From Chiloscyllium plagiosum (taxonomy: Eukaryota): 64,000 bases of DNA. The stretch spans positions 1,959,305-2,023,304 of the forward strand of contig NC_057751.1 in NCBI RefSeq assembly GCF_004010195.1, written 5' to 3'. The notes beneath the pieces were generated by a model. It did not search any database, had not been told where the DNA came from, and worked only from the letters and a program-made list of their open reading frames with translations. Made by a program: the position numbers and the translations under genes. Of the stretch, positions 25,759-39,675 are shown piece by piece. Position 1 is the stretch's first letter; each line of letters opens with the position of its first letter.

Positions 25759-26008
25759 TCCTGGTTGTGAATATGTTCGCCGAGCTGGGAAGTTGATTTG
25801 CAGACATTTCGTCCCCTGTCTAGGTGACATCTTCAGTGCTTTGAAGTCTCTTGTGAAACACTGCTGTACTGTGTCTTCTGGAATTTCTTTGGTTCCATTT
25901 CTGCTGCTCCTCATTGCCAGTTTTGATTGTTCATTGTAATGGCCCAGAGAATGGGTCCAGATCAATGTGGTTGTTGATAGAGTCCATGGATGAGTGCCAT
26001 GCTTTGAG
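25759..26008 (-). mobile_element. PLE family B 3' end
   Basis: TSD aaatta(t/c)ttcaatg at 25745-58 and 26009-22. Minus strand gcaCTGAAGAtgtcacctagacaggggacGAAAtgtctgc. Confidence 0.82.
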
Positions 26009-26377
26009 AAATTACTTCAATGAAAGGACAGAGGATTTGGTGAGTAAACTAGCTCATGACATAAAGATAGGTGGGAAACTAAATTGTGAAGCCGAAGAAA
26101 GCTGCAAAGAGATGTAGATAGGTTAATTGAGTGGGCAAAGATCTGGCAAATGGATTATAATGTGGAAAAATAGTCTACTCTGCCAGGAAGAATTAAAAAA
26201 CATTTTATCCAAATGGAGTCACAGAGAAATAGTGAGAGATCATAGATAATTAAGTTGTAGAAGGTGGCCTAGTGCATGAATCAGAAAAGGCAAGTGTGCA
26301 AGTAAAGCAGATAATGAGGAAAGCTAACAGAATGTTATTGCTTATTGTGAGGGGATTCAAATACAAAAGTAGGAAGT

Positions 26378-26554
26378 TGAATAAAAGCAAAATACTGCAG
26401 ATGCTTGAAATATGAAACAAACACAGACAATGCTGGAGAAACCCTGCATGTTCTGAGCAAGAGTTATACCAGATTTGAAACATTAACTCTGTTTCTGTCT
26501 TCACAGATGCAAGTAGACCTGCTCAGTTTCTCTAACATTATCTGTGTTAATTTC
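26378..26554. mobile_element. Decayed fold-back PLE tail (family D)
   Basis: Flanked by aaagtagg (26366-73 and 26555-62); degenerate inverted arms. Confidence 0.65.
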
Positions 26555-27329
26555 AAAGTAGGGAGGTTATGCTTCAGTAGTATAAGGCACTGGTTAGACT
26601 GCATCAGGAATATTACAAACAAAATAGGTTTCCTAATTTAAGGAAAGGTGTAAATGCATGGGAAGCAATTCAGAGAAGGTTTAAGAGATGAATATCTGGA
26701 ATTAGTGGGTTTTGTTATGAGGAAAAGTTGGACAAGCTTGGCTCAGCTGAGAAGGGTATGGGGTGACTTGACTGAAACATGGAAGATCGTGAGGGGTCTT
26801 GATAAGATGAGTGTGGAAAGGACGTTTCCTCTTGTCAGAGAATCCAGAACTTAGGATCATATGAAAATAAGAGGTTGTCCATTTAGTATAGAGATGAGAA
26901 GTTTTTTTCACTCAGAGAGTGTTGAGTTTTTGGAACTCTCTTCCTCAAAAGGCAGTGTAAACCGTGTTGTTGATGATTTTTCAGTTAGAAGCTGAGTAAG
27001 GGATAATCAGGGGTAATAGAAATATGGACTTGAGCATACAATCTGATAATCCATGCTCTTATCCAATGGCAAAGCACATTGAAAAAGGAAAGGGCACACT
27101 CACACAAAAATAATTTGATCAGTACTGCTGTGGGAGTTTGTCATGTGCCAACCTTTCTATACTTCTGACATTGCAATGGTGACCACACTACAAAACTGCT
27201 TCACTGATGTCAAGCTCTTTCAACATCCTGTGGTCATGGAAGCTGTCATGTAAATGTAAGTCTTTTTTAAAAGTTTTAAATTTCTTTTCTTTAACATGCA
27301 TTGACCAGTTTTGAGGTAATGGTGCTGAA

Positions 27330-27740
27330 TCTGGGCTTGGCAAATAACACCTCTAAATCAGGTGAATTCAAAATTGACTTAAGCATATTATCCAGCACTG
27401 GCACTTCAAGATACATGTAATATTGAGGAAACGCTGCACTACAGGAGGTAGCATGATTCAGATGAGGTGTCAATCCCAGAGTCCCAGTTAGCCTACAAGG
27501 TGGACACAAGTGATCCCATCTTCTCCAACATCCTCGCCAACAGTTATCTCTCAATAAACAGCACTTTGAAAATACACAGAATTTCTGATTAACCTGTTGA
27601 TATATAGGATCTTGTTTTGTTGAAATGTGTCTATGAAGTATTGTTGGGAGTTTACAGAAAGATGCAACAAGCAATTATACAAAAGCAGGTCTGTACTGTT
27701 TCTGAAGAGAGTTCTAAAATATGTTTGTGATGGAAGTAAA
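27330..27740 (+). mobile_element. Decayed Deu-domain-like SINE
   Basis: gctgcactacaggaggtagcatgattcagatgaggtgtcaatcc resembles the Deu core as I recall it; related pieces at about 24505-24630 (+) and 47450-47750 (-). Confidence 0.5.
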
Positions 27741-28219
27741 ATAATTGGATATTGTTTGAAGCCAAAAAAATGGAAATTCCTTTGTTCGCTGGTTCTGCTG
27801 CCTAAGTAAATTACCTTTGTGTTTGATCAGTGGAATAATCTCAAAATGGAAGTTAATGTAAGGGTCTTCCATGTCAACAGTGAATAAAAACAACAAATTG
27901 TCATGAACTGCCAGACATCAATAAACTTCTTGAACCGAGAAAAGCTGTGGGTGTTCTATACATTGAGAATAACTAGCTTCAGAGCTTGAGTGGGAGATGC
28001 ATATGCTCTGCTTGGGTTGAGGGTCATGCACGATATGGTAGAAATGACAGAAGATGAAACTGTGTTTTACTTGTGAGAAAATAAATCTATAATGTAATCG
28101 TTCTGTAACTGAGGCTTGCTGACAATGTGTCATGGTATAAGAGTTCCTTTCTGATGTTAACCAAGATGCTGAAAGGCTGCTCAACAGGACTAGTGAAATG
28201 GAGCCAAGTGAGTAACTGC

Positions 28220-28281
28220 TGTGCTCTTCCAGCACCACTAATCCAGAATCTGGTTTCCAGCATCTGCAGTCATTGTTTTTA
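28220..28281 (+). mobile_element. 62-bp PLE tail fragment
   Basis: 16-bp TSD ccaagtgagtaactgc (28204-19 and 28282-97); contains ccagcatctgcagtc. Confidence 0.78.
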
Positions 28282-28551
28282 CCAAGTGAGTAACTGCATT
28301 ATGCAAGAATACAAATGACCAACTTTGTTTTCCAACACCAGACTCAATTTTTGACTTTAACTTTTTCTCTTTAGATGCTCATTCCCAGCTGTATTGACTC
28401 AAACTCAAATCTATTTGTGTTAAATTGGTTTGTGTCTCCCACAAATTGGATAATTGAGGACAATTGACCGAGTAACATGTATTGTGTAATTGGTGTTCAA
28501 TGATGATGTTCTGTGCAGTATAATTGCTTTTTAGTCATTACATTACATTGT

Positions 28552-28781
28552 TGAAAATGTGTTGCTGGAAAAGCGCAGCAGGTCAGGCAGCATCCAGGGA
28601 ACAGGAGAATCGACGTTTCGGGCATAAGCCCTTCTTCAGGAAACAGGAAGCCCTTCTTCAGGAATCCTTATGCCCGAAACGTCGATTCTCCTGTTCCTTG
28701 GATACTGCCTGACCTGCTGCGCTTTTCCAGCAACACATTTTCAGCTCTGATCTCCAGAATCTGCAGACCTCACTTTCTCCG
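28552..28781. mobile_element. Young fold-back PLE tail (family A)
   Basis: 14-bp TSD ttacattacattgt (28538-51 and 28782-95); near-perfect inverted arms about 28552-28627 and 28667-28743. Confidence 0.9.
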
Positions 28782-29704
28782 TTACATTACATTGTGTCTG
28801 ATAAACTGTGGCAAGCGTCATCTTCGTAGCATTTGCACTTTTTGAGTTTGCCCATAAATGTCAGGCACAGAAATTGCCAGTAGGATTCCAACTTTGAAAG
28901 AAATGAGAAGACCTCAGTGCTGGACTCCTCATTAACTGGGAGTATGTTGTTGAGGGCAGAAGATGTGACAGGCAGGTTTGACGACAAGTGCTACACCTGA
29001 AGTGGATATCAGATGTTGTTGTGGATTGTTGTTTGGAGTATTAGTGCCTGATGTCAAGTAGTTGTAGCCACTGACCACCATGATGCATACACTGACCCAC
29101 AGATGAAGTCACCATTTTCACTCTGTTGTTGGCTAGTTTGATAAATAATGTTTAGCACTTACATGTCACACCTGCAAGCATCCTTGAAATGGAGCTTTGG
29201 TTTTCCAGTGGTCATCTTGTTCTGGTTACTTAGTCACACTGAAACTTCTTCAGTGACTGTCTTTCATCCTGGTCCTGCACAAATCCACTATTACATCAAA
29301 TGTTCCTTGACCACATCCTTTCCACTCCCCAATATGTTGAGATAATTACACCAGGGCCTTGCTAGGTTTACTTCACAAGCTTTCAGTTGTGACCTTGTAA
29401 CCATGAGCCAAGCTATTTCCTCACTCTTTCTTAAGATCACATCCCTCATTCTTTGGCATCTCAGCCTGATATCCTAATTATCAGCAAATTCATTTATGCC
29501 AGACTGTATGATATAAAAGGCACAAACAGTGCAGCCTCCCAGTCGTTCCTATCCTCTATCATAGAATTCTAAGATGACAACACACTGGGAAGGCTGGACC
29601 AGCCATGATCTTGGGATGATGCCCTTGAGTCCTTTAAAAAAAATAAAACTCCTAGAATTGATGGCTAACCACCATCGATGTATTCAGCTCTATGGGACTT
29701 GATT

Positions 29705-29915
29705 AGACAAACAGAAGGCTGGAAGAATACAGCAAGCCAGACAGCATGAGGAGGTGGAGAAGTCACTGCTTTGGGTATAACCCTTCTTCAGTTATCCCCA
29801 AAACATTGACTTCTTCACCTCCTGATGCTACTTGGCTTGTAGTGTTCTTTCAGCCTCCTGTTTGTCTACTTTGGATTCCAGCATCTTCCGAGTTATTTTG
29901 TCTCTAACGATGTGC
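29705..29915. mobile_element. Older fold-back PLE tail inserted in the Tx1 element
   Basis: 7-bp TSD cttgatt (29698-704 and 29916-22); arms agacaaacagaaggctggaagaa... and ...ttctttcagcctcctgtttgtct. Confidence 0.78.
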
Positions 29916-30669
29916 CTTGATTGGCGAGGGCCAATTAGAGGTATGCTTCTGGAAGGTACAATGAAGGGGGAAGGTATCATCACCCTTATCTACAAGGTGA
30001 AAGAGAAAAGGAGGAAATTAGAAACTGGCAATCAATATTACTGATGAGTGCAGATTACAAACTCCCACCTAAGGTCATCACCAACCAGATCAGGTCTGCT
30101 CTGGGATTGCTGATTCACCCAGCTCAAACCCAGGCTGTAGTGGGCAAGAAGATCTCTGAGAGCCTTGTGCTTCTTAGGGATATGATCGTTGGCATGTAGG
30201 ACAGGGGGTGGACACGTGCCTCATCAGCTTGGGCCAGGAGAAGGTCACTAACAGAACATTACACACCTATATGTAGGATATGCTCTCCAAAATGGGTTTT
30301 GATGAGGGAATCTGAAATTAGATCCATTGATCGACACCAACATTATTAGTGCAGTCTCAATCAATGGGTGGGAATCAGAAAACTTCCAAATCAGATCTGG
30401 AGTCAGGCAGGACTGCCCACTCTCTGCTCCTTGGGTTTGTGTGCTGTATAGAACCTTTTGCTGAGGCCAGCAGGAAGGATGTGAGCCTGATAGGGCTGAT
30501 TAAACCAGGCTGCAGAGGCCTGCAGGTCAAAGCTGCCCTGAATGTGTATGACGTTGCCGTTTTCTGTTTGGATTCACTGTCAATGTGCAGACTCATGAGC
30601 ATCTGAAACCAATTTGACCTGGTCTTGGGAGTCAAGGTGAATTGAGGGAAGAGCCTGGCCACATTCTTC

Positions 30670-32062
30670 CATTGGTAGTCACAGATGAAGTGCCGGAAGA
30701 CTGGAGGCTGGCTAACATGGTGTCACTATTTAAGAAAAGTGGTAAGGAAAAGTTAGGGAATGATAGACTGGTGAGCCTGACACTCAATCAAGCTAGCGAG
30801 GCATGATTTCCCAATTGATTGAGTTGTTTGAAGAAGTGATGAACAGGATTGATGAAGGCTAAGCAGTGGACGTGATGTATCTGGACTTTAATAAGGCAAT
30901 CGACAAGGTTCCTTATGGTCGACTGGTTAGCAAGGTTAGATCTCATGGAACACAGGGACAACCAGCCATTTGGATACAGAACTGGCTTGAAGATAGAGGA
31001 GAGCATGGTGGTGGAGGGTTGCCTTTCATACTTGAGGTCTGTGACCAGTGGAGTGCCACAAGGATCGGTGCTGGGTCCACTGCTTTTTGTCATTTATATA
31101 AATGATTTGGATGTGAACATTGGAGGTATAGTTAATAAGTTTGCAAATGACATTAAAATTGGTGGTGTAGTGGACAGCGAAGAAAGTTACTTCAGAGTAC
31201 AAAAGTATTGTGATCAGATGGGCCAATGGGCTGAGGAGTGGCAGATGGAGTTTAATTTAGATAAATGTGAGGTGCAGCATTTTGGAAAGGTAAATCAGGG
31301 CAGGACTTATACACTTAATGGTAAGGTCCTGGGGAGTGCTGCGGAAAAAAGAGACCTTAGAGTGCAGGTTCACAGTTCCTTGAAAGTGGAGTTCAACGTA
31401 GATAGGATAGTGAAGAAGGAGTTTAGTATGCTTTTCTTTATTGGTCAGAGCATTGAGTTTTTGAGTTGTGAGGTCATATGTGGCTGTAAAGGACATTGGT
31501 TCGGTCATTTTTGGAATATGATATGCAATTCTGGTCTTCCTGCAATAGGAAGGATGTTGCAAAACATGAAAGCATTCAGAAAAGATTTACAAGGATGTTG
31601 CCAGGATTGAAGGGTTTGAGCTATGGGGAGAGGCTGAATAGGCTGGGGTTGTTTTCTCTGGAGCGTTGCAGGCCAAGGGGTGACTTTACAGCGGTTTATA
31701 AAATCATGAGGGGCATGGATAGGATAAATAGACAAGGTCTTTTCCCTGGGTTGGGAGAGTCCTGAACTAGACAGCATAGGTTTAAGGTGAGAGGGGAAAA
31801 ATTTAAAAAGGACCTAAGGGGTAACTTTTTTCACGCAGAGGATGGTGCGTGTATGGAATGAGCTGCCAGAAGAAGTGGTGAAGGCTGGTATAATTACACC
31901 ACTTAAAAAGCATCTGGATGGGTACATGAATAGTAAGGGTTTAGAGGGATATGGGCCAAGTGCTGGCAAATGGGAGTAGATTAGGTTAGATTATTGGTCG
32001 GCATAGATAAATTGGACCGAAGGGTCTGTTTCTGTGCTGTACATCTCTATGACTGTGACTAT
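30670..32062 (+). mobile_element. CR1 LINE RT and 3' end nested in the Tx1 element
   Basis: YLDFNKAIDKVP, SGVPQGSVLGPLLFVIYINDLD, KFANDIKIGG; tail ctatgactgtgactat. Confidence 0.95.
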
Positions 32063-32540
32063 AAGAGGGCCAACCAATCCTTTATCCCCTTCACTGTCAG
32101 GACATATTACCTGAAAGTGCTGGGAATATGCTTTGGAGGAGCCAGGATATGTGCAAAAACTTGGGAGGAGTGTCTTGACAAGGTGAGGCAGAAACTGGAG
32201 TACGAATCCCTCTCCATTGAGGGTAAAAACCTGGTCATCAGGTGTGAGGTACTCTCAGTGTTGCTGTATGTGGTGTAGGTTTGGCCCATTACCCAAACCT
32301 GTACCTTTGCAGTCACCTGAATCATCTTCCACTTCAGCTCGATGTCAAAGATGGATATGCCCGTCCAGACACGATATACTAAATTCTGGATGGGGGACGA
32401 TGATGTGCCCAATGCTGCCCTCATCCTGATGCCCACATTTGTGTGTGCCTGCATCAAGTTGCATGAAGACCCTTGGTACACAAACACCAGGAATCACTGA
32501 GGTTCGACCTGTCCCCGGTTTTGTGAAAATTGAGTCTGGC

Positions 32541-33482
32541 TGTGGATGTAGGTTTGCTGTGTGAGCTGCAAGGTTCGTTTTTCAGACATTTCATCGCCAT
32601 ACTAGGTAACATCATCAGTAAGCCTCTGGTGAATCACTGGTGTTAGTGACCTGCTTTCTATTTACGTGTTTAGGTTTCCTTGGGCTGGTGACATAATTTC
32701 CTCTGGTGATGTCATTTCCTATGGTGATGTCATTTCCAGTTCTTTTTCTCAGAGGATGGTAAATGGAGTCCAAGTCATTGTGTTTGTTGATAGAGTTCCA
32801 GTTGGAATGCGTGCTTCTTGGAATTCTCGTGCGTGTCTCTGTTTGGCTTGTCCGAGGATGGATATATTGGCCCAATCGAAGTGGTGTCCTTCTTCATCTG
32901 TATGTAAGGATACTAGTGAGAGTGGGGCATGTCTTTTTGTGGCTAGGTGATGTTCATGTATCCTGGTGGCTAGTTTTCTGCCTGTTTGTCCAAGGTAGTG
33001 TTTGTTTCAGTCCTTGCACAGTATTTTGTAAATGACATTAGTTTTGTTTGTTGTCTGTATCAGGTCTTTCAAGTTAATGAGCTGCTGCTTTAGTGTGTTG
33101 GTGGGTTTGTGGGCTACCATGATGCCAAGGGGTCTGAGTAGTCTGGCAGTCATTTCCGAGATGTCTTTGATGTAGGGGAGAGTAGTTAGGGTTTCTAGAA
33201 ACGTTTTGTCTGCTTGTTTGGGCTTTTGCTGAGAAATAGGTGGACTGTGTTTATTATGTACCCTTTTTTTTAATATGCGGTATAGATGATTTTTCTTTGC
33301 TCTTTGTAGTTCCTCTGTGCTGCAGTGTGTTGTGGCTCACTGAAATTATGTTCTAATGCAGCTTTGTTTGTAGGTGTTGAGATGATTGCTTCTGTAGTTC
33401 AGTATTTGGTCCATATGTGTTGTTTTCCTGTAGACACTGGTTTGAAGTTCCCCATTGGCTGTTTGCCCTATTGTGACATCTC
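32541..33482 (-). mobile_element. 5'-truncated Penelope-like element (family B) with GIY-YIG endonuclease
   Basis: 7-bp TSD gtctggc (32534-40 and 33483-89). Minus strand KTNVIYKILCKD*NKHYLGQTGRKLATRIHEH..GHHFDW. Degenerate hammerhead about 32582-32620. 18-bp tandem repeats at about 32687-32737. Confidence 0.9.
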
Positions 33483-36400
33483 GTCTGGCCTTGGTGCCTT
33501 GGAACGCTGTAAGTAGTTTGACTTCTGTATCACCTGTTCTTAATGGAAAAAGGTCTGCAGAGAGAGATGCAGTTGGTTTTGTTGAGGTTCATCCCAGCAG
33601 CTCCTTGATGCAGGACTCTGAGCTCTGTGCAATGTTCCCCCGGCTGTACAGACAAACATCAACTATGCCTAGAGGACCACCAACTCAGTGAAAGATTCTC
33701 CTTGGTCTGTCTGAAACTTGTTGATCTTCTGGTGTAAAGAATTGACCTCAACCGGTTGTTGCAGACTTGACATTCCAAGGTCTAGGACTTTGTGCTGAGG
33801 GATGCACTAACACTGGGGGCAGTTGCCACCAAGGTGGAGTGGGAAATGACCACCGTCTAACGTCTTTCTCCCAAAGTGTAACGAAGGTCTGTTCAGTTAT
33901 CAAACTCTCTTGTTGCTTCAGTGTATGTCTCAAATACTATCCTGCATGAGTAAGAAATGCCTTTGGCTTTGCAACTGCAGGGAATGTCAAATTCCAATGT
34001 TTGCTTCTCTTAATAAGTAAAGACTGTACTGAACTACCTTAGTATTTGAGAATGTTGAGGAAGACTTTTTATGAATAAAGTATATTTTCCAATAGAAAAG
34101 GTTGTGTGTCAATTAGTTTGTACAATACACAAGCTATCATCTTTAACTGAAGAATTGGCAACTTGAGTAAAGCACGACAAACTATTCTGCTCAGCATGCA
34201 GAAGGTATGCTTGTGGATATATTTAAACAGTGCTCACTTGGCTGGTGCCTATGTGTGCACAATGCTTATTTATTTGGGTCTCTGAAGAATACGCCTGCTG
34301 CATTGACATTATTGTCATTTGAGCTTTTAAGCATATCCAGCTCTTAAATGTATTTGATGCATTGATTGCCTTGAGCATTAGTTAACAACTGACAGTACAC
34401 CAAGGACCTGCAGAAAATCTATAAGCCACCTGCAAAGTAAATTGATATTCTGTGATTGGCATCAGCCAGTTCTAAGTAGGGCAGGAAAATACAGCACAGC
34501 CTGACTGCAGAGCTGACAAACATTTGTCGTTATTGCACAAGCTTGTTACAAATGGGAAAATTGCCAAATCCACGCAACTCTCACGACCAATTCTGTTCCA
34601 CTGCTACGTAAACTGACTGCAAGGGTGCAGAATTTGAAGTTGAAGCCCATTAGTTGGTCCCTCATGATAGTCTGCAAGCTTCACTTAAACTGAGTGAATT
34701 TGTGTTCACATATTGGAGATTGGCATCCTTCTGATTCTTTCATCCCTCATTTTTGCACAGAGAGACCAATCACTCTCTCTCTCACACACACACACACCAC
34801 GAATACCCACATATATAGTCACTAAAGATGGATACTGCCTGCCGTTCAGATCTGCTGAATCTGTTGAAGTTTAATTCCCAAGCCCCAGATCTTCCATCTC
34901 TGCCCCCACTTTGTTTGAGAATTGTGTTTGAAAATACCATCAGTGAAACACATAAAGCACTCCCACTGAACTCAGCCTGGCCTGGGATTTGCTTGGTGAG
35001 TATCTGTGTCTTCAGTTCCTTCTGACATATATATCAATGAATAATTTGTAACTGCAACTAAATTATTCAGGATCTAAATTGTTTTGACCCAATGTCTGAT
35101 TTAATGGCCATTTGTCTGAATTGGTTGAATTTCACCAACTTCTCCATGTGTAATGAGCACATAAATGAATGCATCTTTGCTTTGTTGGATAAGTGAAGTG
35201 GGCGAAATACTGTCATTCTAAATCTTATTTTCTTGTTGTCTTTCCTTCACAACTTGATCATTCAGCTTCAGGTGGAATGTGGACCTAAATTATTATCAAA
35301 TCTGAAACAATGGTGACTGAGTGCACATATTGACACCAATCCATGCAAAATGAAAATACAAAGATGATTGTCTGTTCTGTGGGTTTGACAACCTGCAAAT
35401 AGGTTCTGGAAAACCGGGCTGTGATATCCTTGATTCCAGTCAAATGTGCATAAATAGGTCCAAGGAGTTATGGGAACAATTCAGAAAAATATTGAAACCT
35501 TAGAGGTGACAAATTCTCAAAAGAGAACGGCTTACAGACCTTCGGCAAAGAGCAGGTGTTATGACTGCCATGTAAGGAGTGCACCAACAATGAAACTCCA
35601 TGACTGGAACAGTCGCACCGTTGCTACAAATTTGTTTATCCAGTTACCTAAATAGCCAGCTGCTTCTCTTTTGTACGATATTCCAGGGTAGAAGAAATTC
35701 TGCGAATATAAAATGAACTCAAAATAAACAGTTTAGTGTGAACCAAGGATATTCTTAAAGCAGAAGGCGTACTCTGGTTAACACTTCAGCTGTGTTGCAG
35801 AATCAGAAGTATCTTGCTTTTCTCCGACAAACAAACAGACACACATAACAAACAAAAAAAAAATGTTTCTGCAGAGATGATGGTTTATAGCGGGAAAAAA
35901 AGACACAAGGGAAAAAGACAACCCGTGGACACTGAGGGTCAGGAACAAAAGAGTGGATGTGATGACATGTAAACTTTTTCATTTTGGCAAAGCTTGATTG
36001 CTGACGGCTTTAGATTGATGGAAGATGTACAGCACTAATTACGATCAACTTGGATTCTAGTCATTGAAGATTGGTCAGAGTTTGCTTCTTCAGTTTTTAT
36101 CAGTTAGACAGAAATATCACAATTTGGAAAATGTATCAGATTCCCAAGGACTTCTACGAAGGACAGGATATTAAGGCAGAGTCTTGCAGCTTTAGGGATG
36201 TCTTCCTCACTTTCATTCCTGGCCCACAGAACAGACCTCTAGGTCCAGAGAGGGTTGCTAAGTAGCCATTATCATTAGAGCCCTAGTCCTCTCAAAGCCA
36301 GGTTGGTTTCCATTAATAAAGGCAATGCACACCATCTCTTAGCTTCTTGAAAACCTTGTTTATCTGTTTCTGGTAAATTGCTTGATTTCCAGTGAAAAGG

Positions 36401-36499
36401 AGGAAACCCACAACACACATTAAACTAATGTCTTAATTTCCAAGAAATCACAGAACAAACCTCTTTTGGAATAACATCACATAGTAAACGACTTCATGG

Positions 36500-36832
36500 C
36501 TGATGCAGGAAGGATGTTCCTGATGGCAGGGATGTCACAGTGTAAGCATCTTGGGTAAAGCATTTAAGATTGTGATGGAGAGAAATCTCTTTTCCCAGAG
36601 AGTGGTTAGCCTGTGAAATTTTCTACCACAGAAAGCAGTTGAAGCTAAAACATTGTATGATTTCAAGAATGCATTGGATACAGTACTTGGGTCCAGAGGA
36701 ATCAAGGGATGTTGAGGAAAAACGGGAACAGGCAAATGAGTTGGATGATCAGCCATAATCATATTGAACGGCACAGTAGGATCAAAGGGCCAAATGGCCT
36801 TCTCTTGCTCCTATTTTCTATATTTCTATGTC
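36500..36832 (+). mobile_element. CR1-type LINE 3' end
   Basis: FSQRVVSL*NFLPQKAVEAK remnant; tail tatttctatgtc. Confidence 0.75.
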
Positions 36833-37429
36833 TTTAATTCAGAAAATGCCCAAAGAGTTAAAAAAGGAGTCCTTAAATTGAATTATATATTTCCAACAAT
36901 GAAATGGATAACTCTTTCGAGGAATCAGAACAGGCATGCTGGGCTAAATAGTTTGTGTTGTGTCATTTTGATTTCATGCTACCACTAGCAGTTCTATCAT
37001 AATCCTCAGTTGGTAGTTTAAGTAAAATCCCAAAGCAATTAACTGAAGTGTAGATGTGTATGTGAAAGAGAGATACAGAGAGAGTTAGAGGGAGAGAATG
37101 AGTTTGGTGATGGTGGGTAATTGACGGGAGGTATTGCAGGAGATTCAATAACATGCTGTCTGACTTTGTGCACAAATGCTAAGTAGAGATGGTGGCTGCT
37201 CACAATCCAAGGTCGAGGCTAATGCTCTGGGGCTCAAATTCGACAGAATGTAAATTCAATTAATAATTCTGGAATTAAAAACTAGGTCAAAGTTTCTGCC
37301 ATGACAGAGAACACATCAAATATGGTAGAAATGGCCTGAACTCACAAGTACCACCTTTGGAACTCAACATTTTCCATTTCCTCTAGCATTCAAATGACAA
37401 ATTGAAAGCAGATAATGTAGTCCCTGGTT

Positions 37430-38180
37430 ATGTGCACCCCAGAATGTACAGATCACACCAGATAACAGCAGGTCTGTTTGCAGTGCATTTCTTTTGGATA
37501 GTGACGGCATCTCTTTGGAGAACTGAGGTTCCTATGTAGATATGACTCTAGCATATTAGGAGGAGGTTCAGGTGTCCTTTGGGGATTGGGTGTCAGGTAT
37601 CCTTTCGAATACAGGTAAATGATCCTTTGAGGGGTTCATGAGCTTGTTGGGAGTGTTAACTGTGGTGAGGATTGTGCGTAAAAGGTACATAAACCTCTTG
37701 GGAATGTCCAACTTGCCAAGGCCTATTAGGAAGTGTCAAGAAGAGTTGAGATCGTCAACCTGATAACAAGGTAAAAATACATGTTTATGAATCAGAATGC
37801 TTTTCTCAAGACAGTCAGCTACAGCAGAGATATTTACAGCAAAGGATATGTTTTCCCGTTCAGACTTGTGGATACTGAAGGAGCAGGCATGGTAAGTGAA
37901 GAGAAAAAGGATGGTGGAAGACAGCACTAAGTTGGGATCGATTATGAGAGGTCTTGGGAAATGGGTAGAGTACCTTAGATTGTCTAGGTTTGCATAGGTT
38001 GCAAAAGGGGTTTGGTGTTGAGGGGATGGTTTGAGGGTGAATTTGGAGGAATTCAAATTCTCCTGTTTTGAAGAGGTAAAGTACACATTTGAATCTGGTC
38101 CAAGAACATGTTTGGTGAAGGTGGTGGACCTCTGGGGATGTGAAAAGGCAGGTTTGAGTGTAAAAGATACATACACTCAT
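37430..38180 (-). mobile_element. Highly decayed LINE fragment (possibly RTE-like)
   Basis: Minus-strand RIPDTQSPK-like remnant of an RTE C-terminal motif; weak. Confidence 0.3.
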
Positions 38181-39675
38181 TGAGGCTCACAAGATTGTAA
38201 ACAGATATTCAAAAATAAAACAGGGATTTTAAAAAAAAGTGTGCTACTACTTCAGATTGCCTAATCATATAAAACCCTAATAGAATTTGTGTTGCATGAT
38301 TAATGTCCATTTAGACAATACATGTGTTGGACAAAGGGATGTGAGTAGGGGTGGTGGTCTGAATTGGCACGAAGATATTATGGGCTATAAAAGTTTGCGG
38401 CAATGACTGGGTACAAAAGGGGCTCGGGTCATAGGGATTGCTACAGAGCATTAGGATGGCATTAATTGGATGTGGAGCATGGAGAGTTTGAGGGACGTTT
38501 CCATTTTAATCATGGTTAAACTTAAAGCATGATCAAAAGGTGGACTTTTGATCTGGTTCTTGTCAAGAACTGACAGCCCCTGAGATTCCTTTTGGGTCAC
38601 CACCTGAACCTCACTCCAGGCCTGAAATCAAGTCTGGGTCACAGTTTTTAAGGATTCACAAGGGTTCACAAAGTCAGGACTTATAGAGCATAGAACATTA
38701 CAGAGCAGTACAGACCCTTTGGCCCTTGATGTTGCACCGACCTGTGCAACCAATCAGAAACTGATCGATCCTACACTATTCCGTTTTCATCCATATGTTT
38801 ATCCAATGACCATTTAAATGTCCTTATAGTTGAGTTTATTACAGTTGCAGTCAGTGCGTTCCACGCCCCTACTATTCTCTGAGTAGAGAAACTATCTTGG
38901 GCATCCGTCCTCTATCTATCATCCCTCAATTTAAAGCTCTGTCTCCTTTTGCAAGCCAGCACCATCTGAGAAAAAAGGCTCTCACTGTCCACTCCGTCCA
39001 ATCCTGTGATCATCTTGTATGTCTTAATAAAATCACCTCTCAACTTTCTTCTCTCTCACGAAAACAGCCTCAAGACCCTCAGCCTTTCCTCATTAGACCT
39101 TCCCTCTAGACCAGGCGACATCCTAGTCAAAGCTTCCACATCCTTCTTATAATGCGGTGACCAGAACTGTATGCAATACTCCAAGTGTGGCCGCACCAGA
39201 GTTTTGTACAGCTGCAGCATGACCTCGTGGCTCCAAAACTCAGTCCCACTACCAATAAAAGCACTGTATGCCTTCTTAACAAGCCTATCAACCTGGGTGG
39301 CAACTTTCTGGGATCTATGCACATGGATACCGAGATTTCTCTGTTCATCTACACTACTAAGAATCTTACCATCAGCCCAGTACGCTTTACTCCTGTTGAT
39401 CCTTCCAAAATGAATCACCTCACATTTTTCCACATCTAGCTCTGTCACCTCTCAGCCCAGCTCTGCAGCTTATCTATATCCCTCTGTAATCTGCAAAATC
39501 CTTCAGCATACTCTACAACTCCACTGGCCTTAGTATCATCTGCAAATTTACTAACTCCTCCTTCTATGCCCTCATCCAGTCATTTATACAAATGACAGAC
39601 AGCAGTGGCTCCAAAACAGATCCTTGCGGTACACCACGAGTAACTGAACTCCAGAATGAACATTTCCCATCAACC

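Larger units (their letters stand above)
24660..27080 (+). mobile_element. Old CR1 LINE ORF2 with two nested PLE tails
   Basis: DELNRYFA, DDLHPWILK, SKLAHDIKIGG, VWGDLTETWKIVRGLD; heavily frameshifted. Confidence 0.82.
29400..34100 (+). mobile_element. Decayed Tx1/L1-clade LINE ORF2 with three nested insertions
   Basis: ALESFKKNKTPRIDG..MYSALWDLI; GIITLIYK..NWQSILLMSADYK; SGVRQDCPLS; LKVLGICFG; LSIEGKNLVIRCEVLSVLLYV; ends aataaagtatattttccaatagaaaa. Confidence 0.85.
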
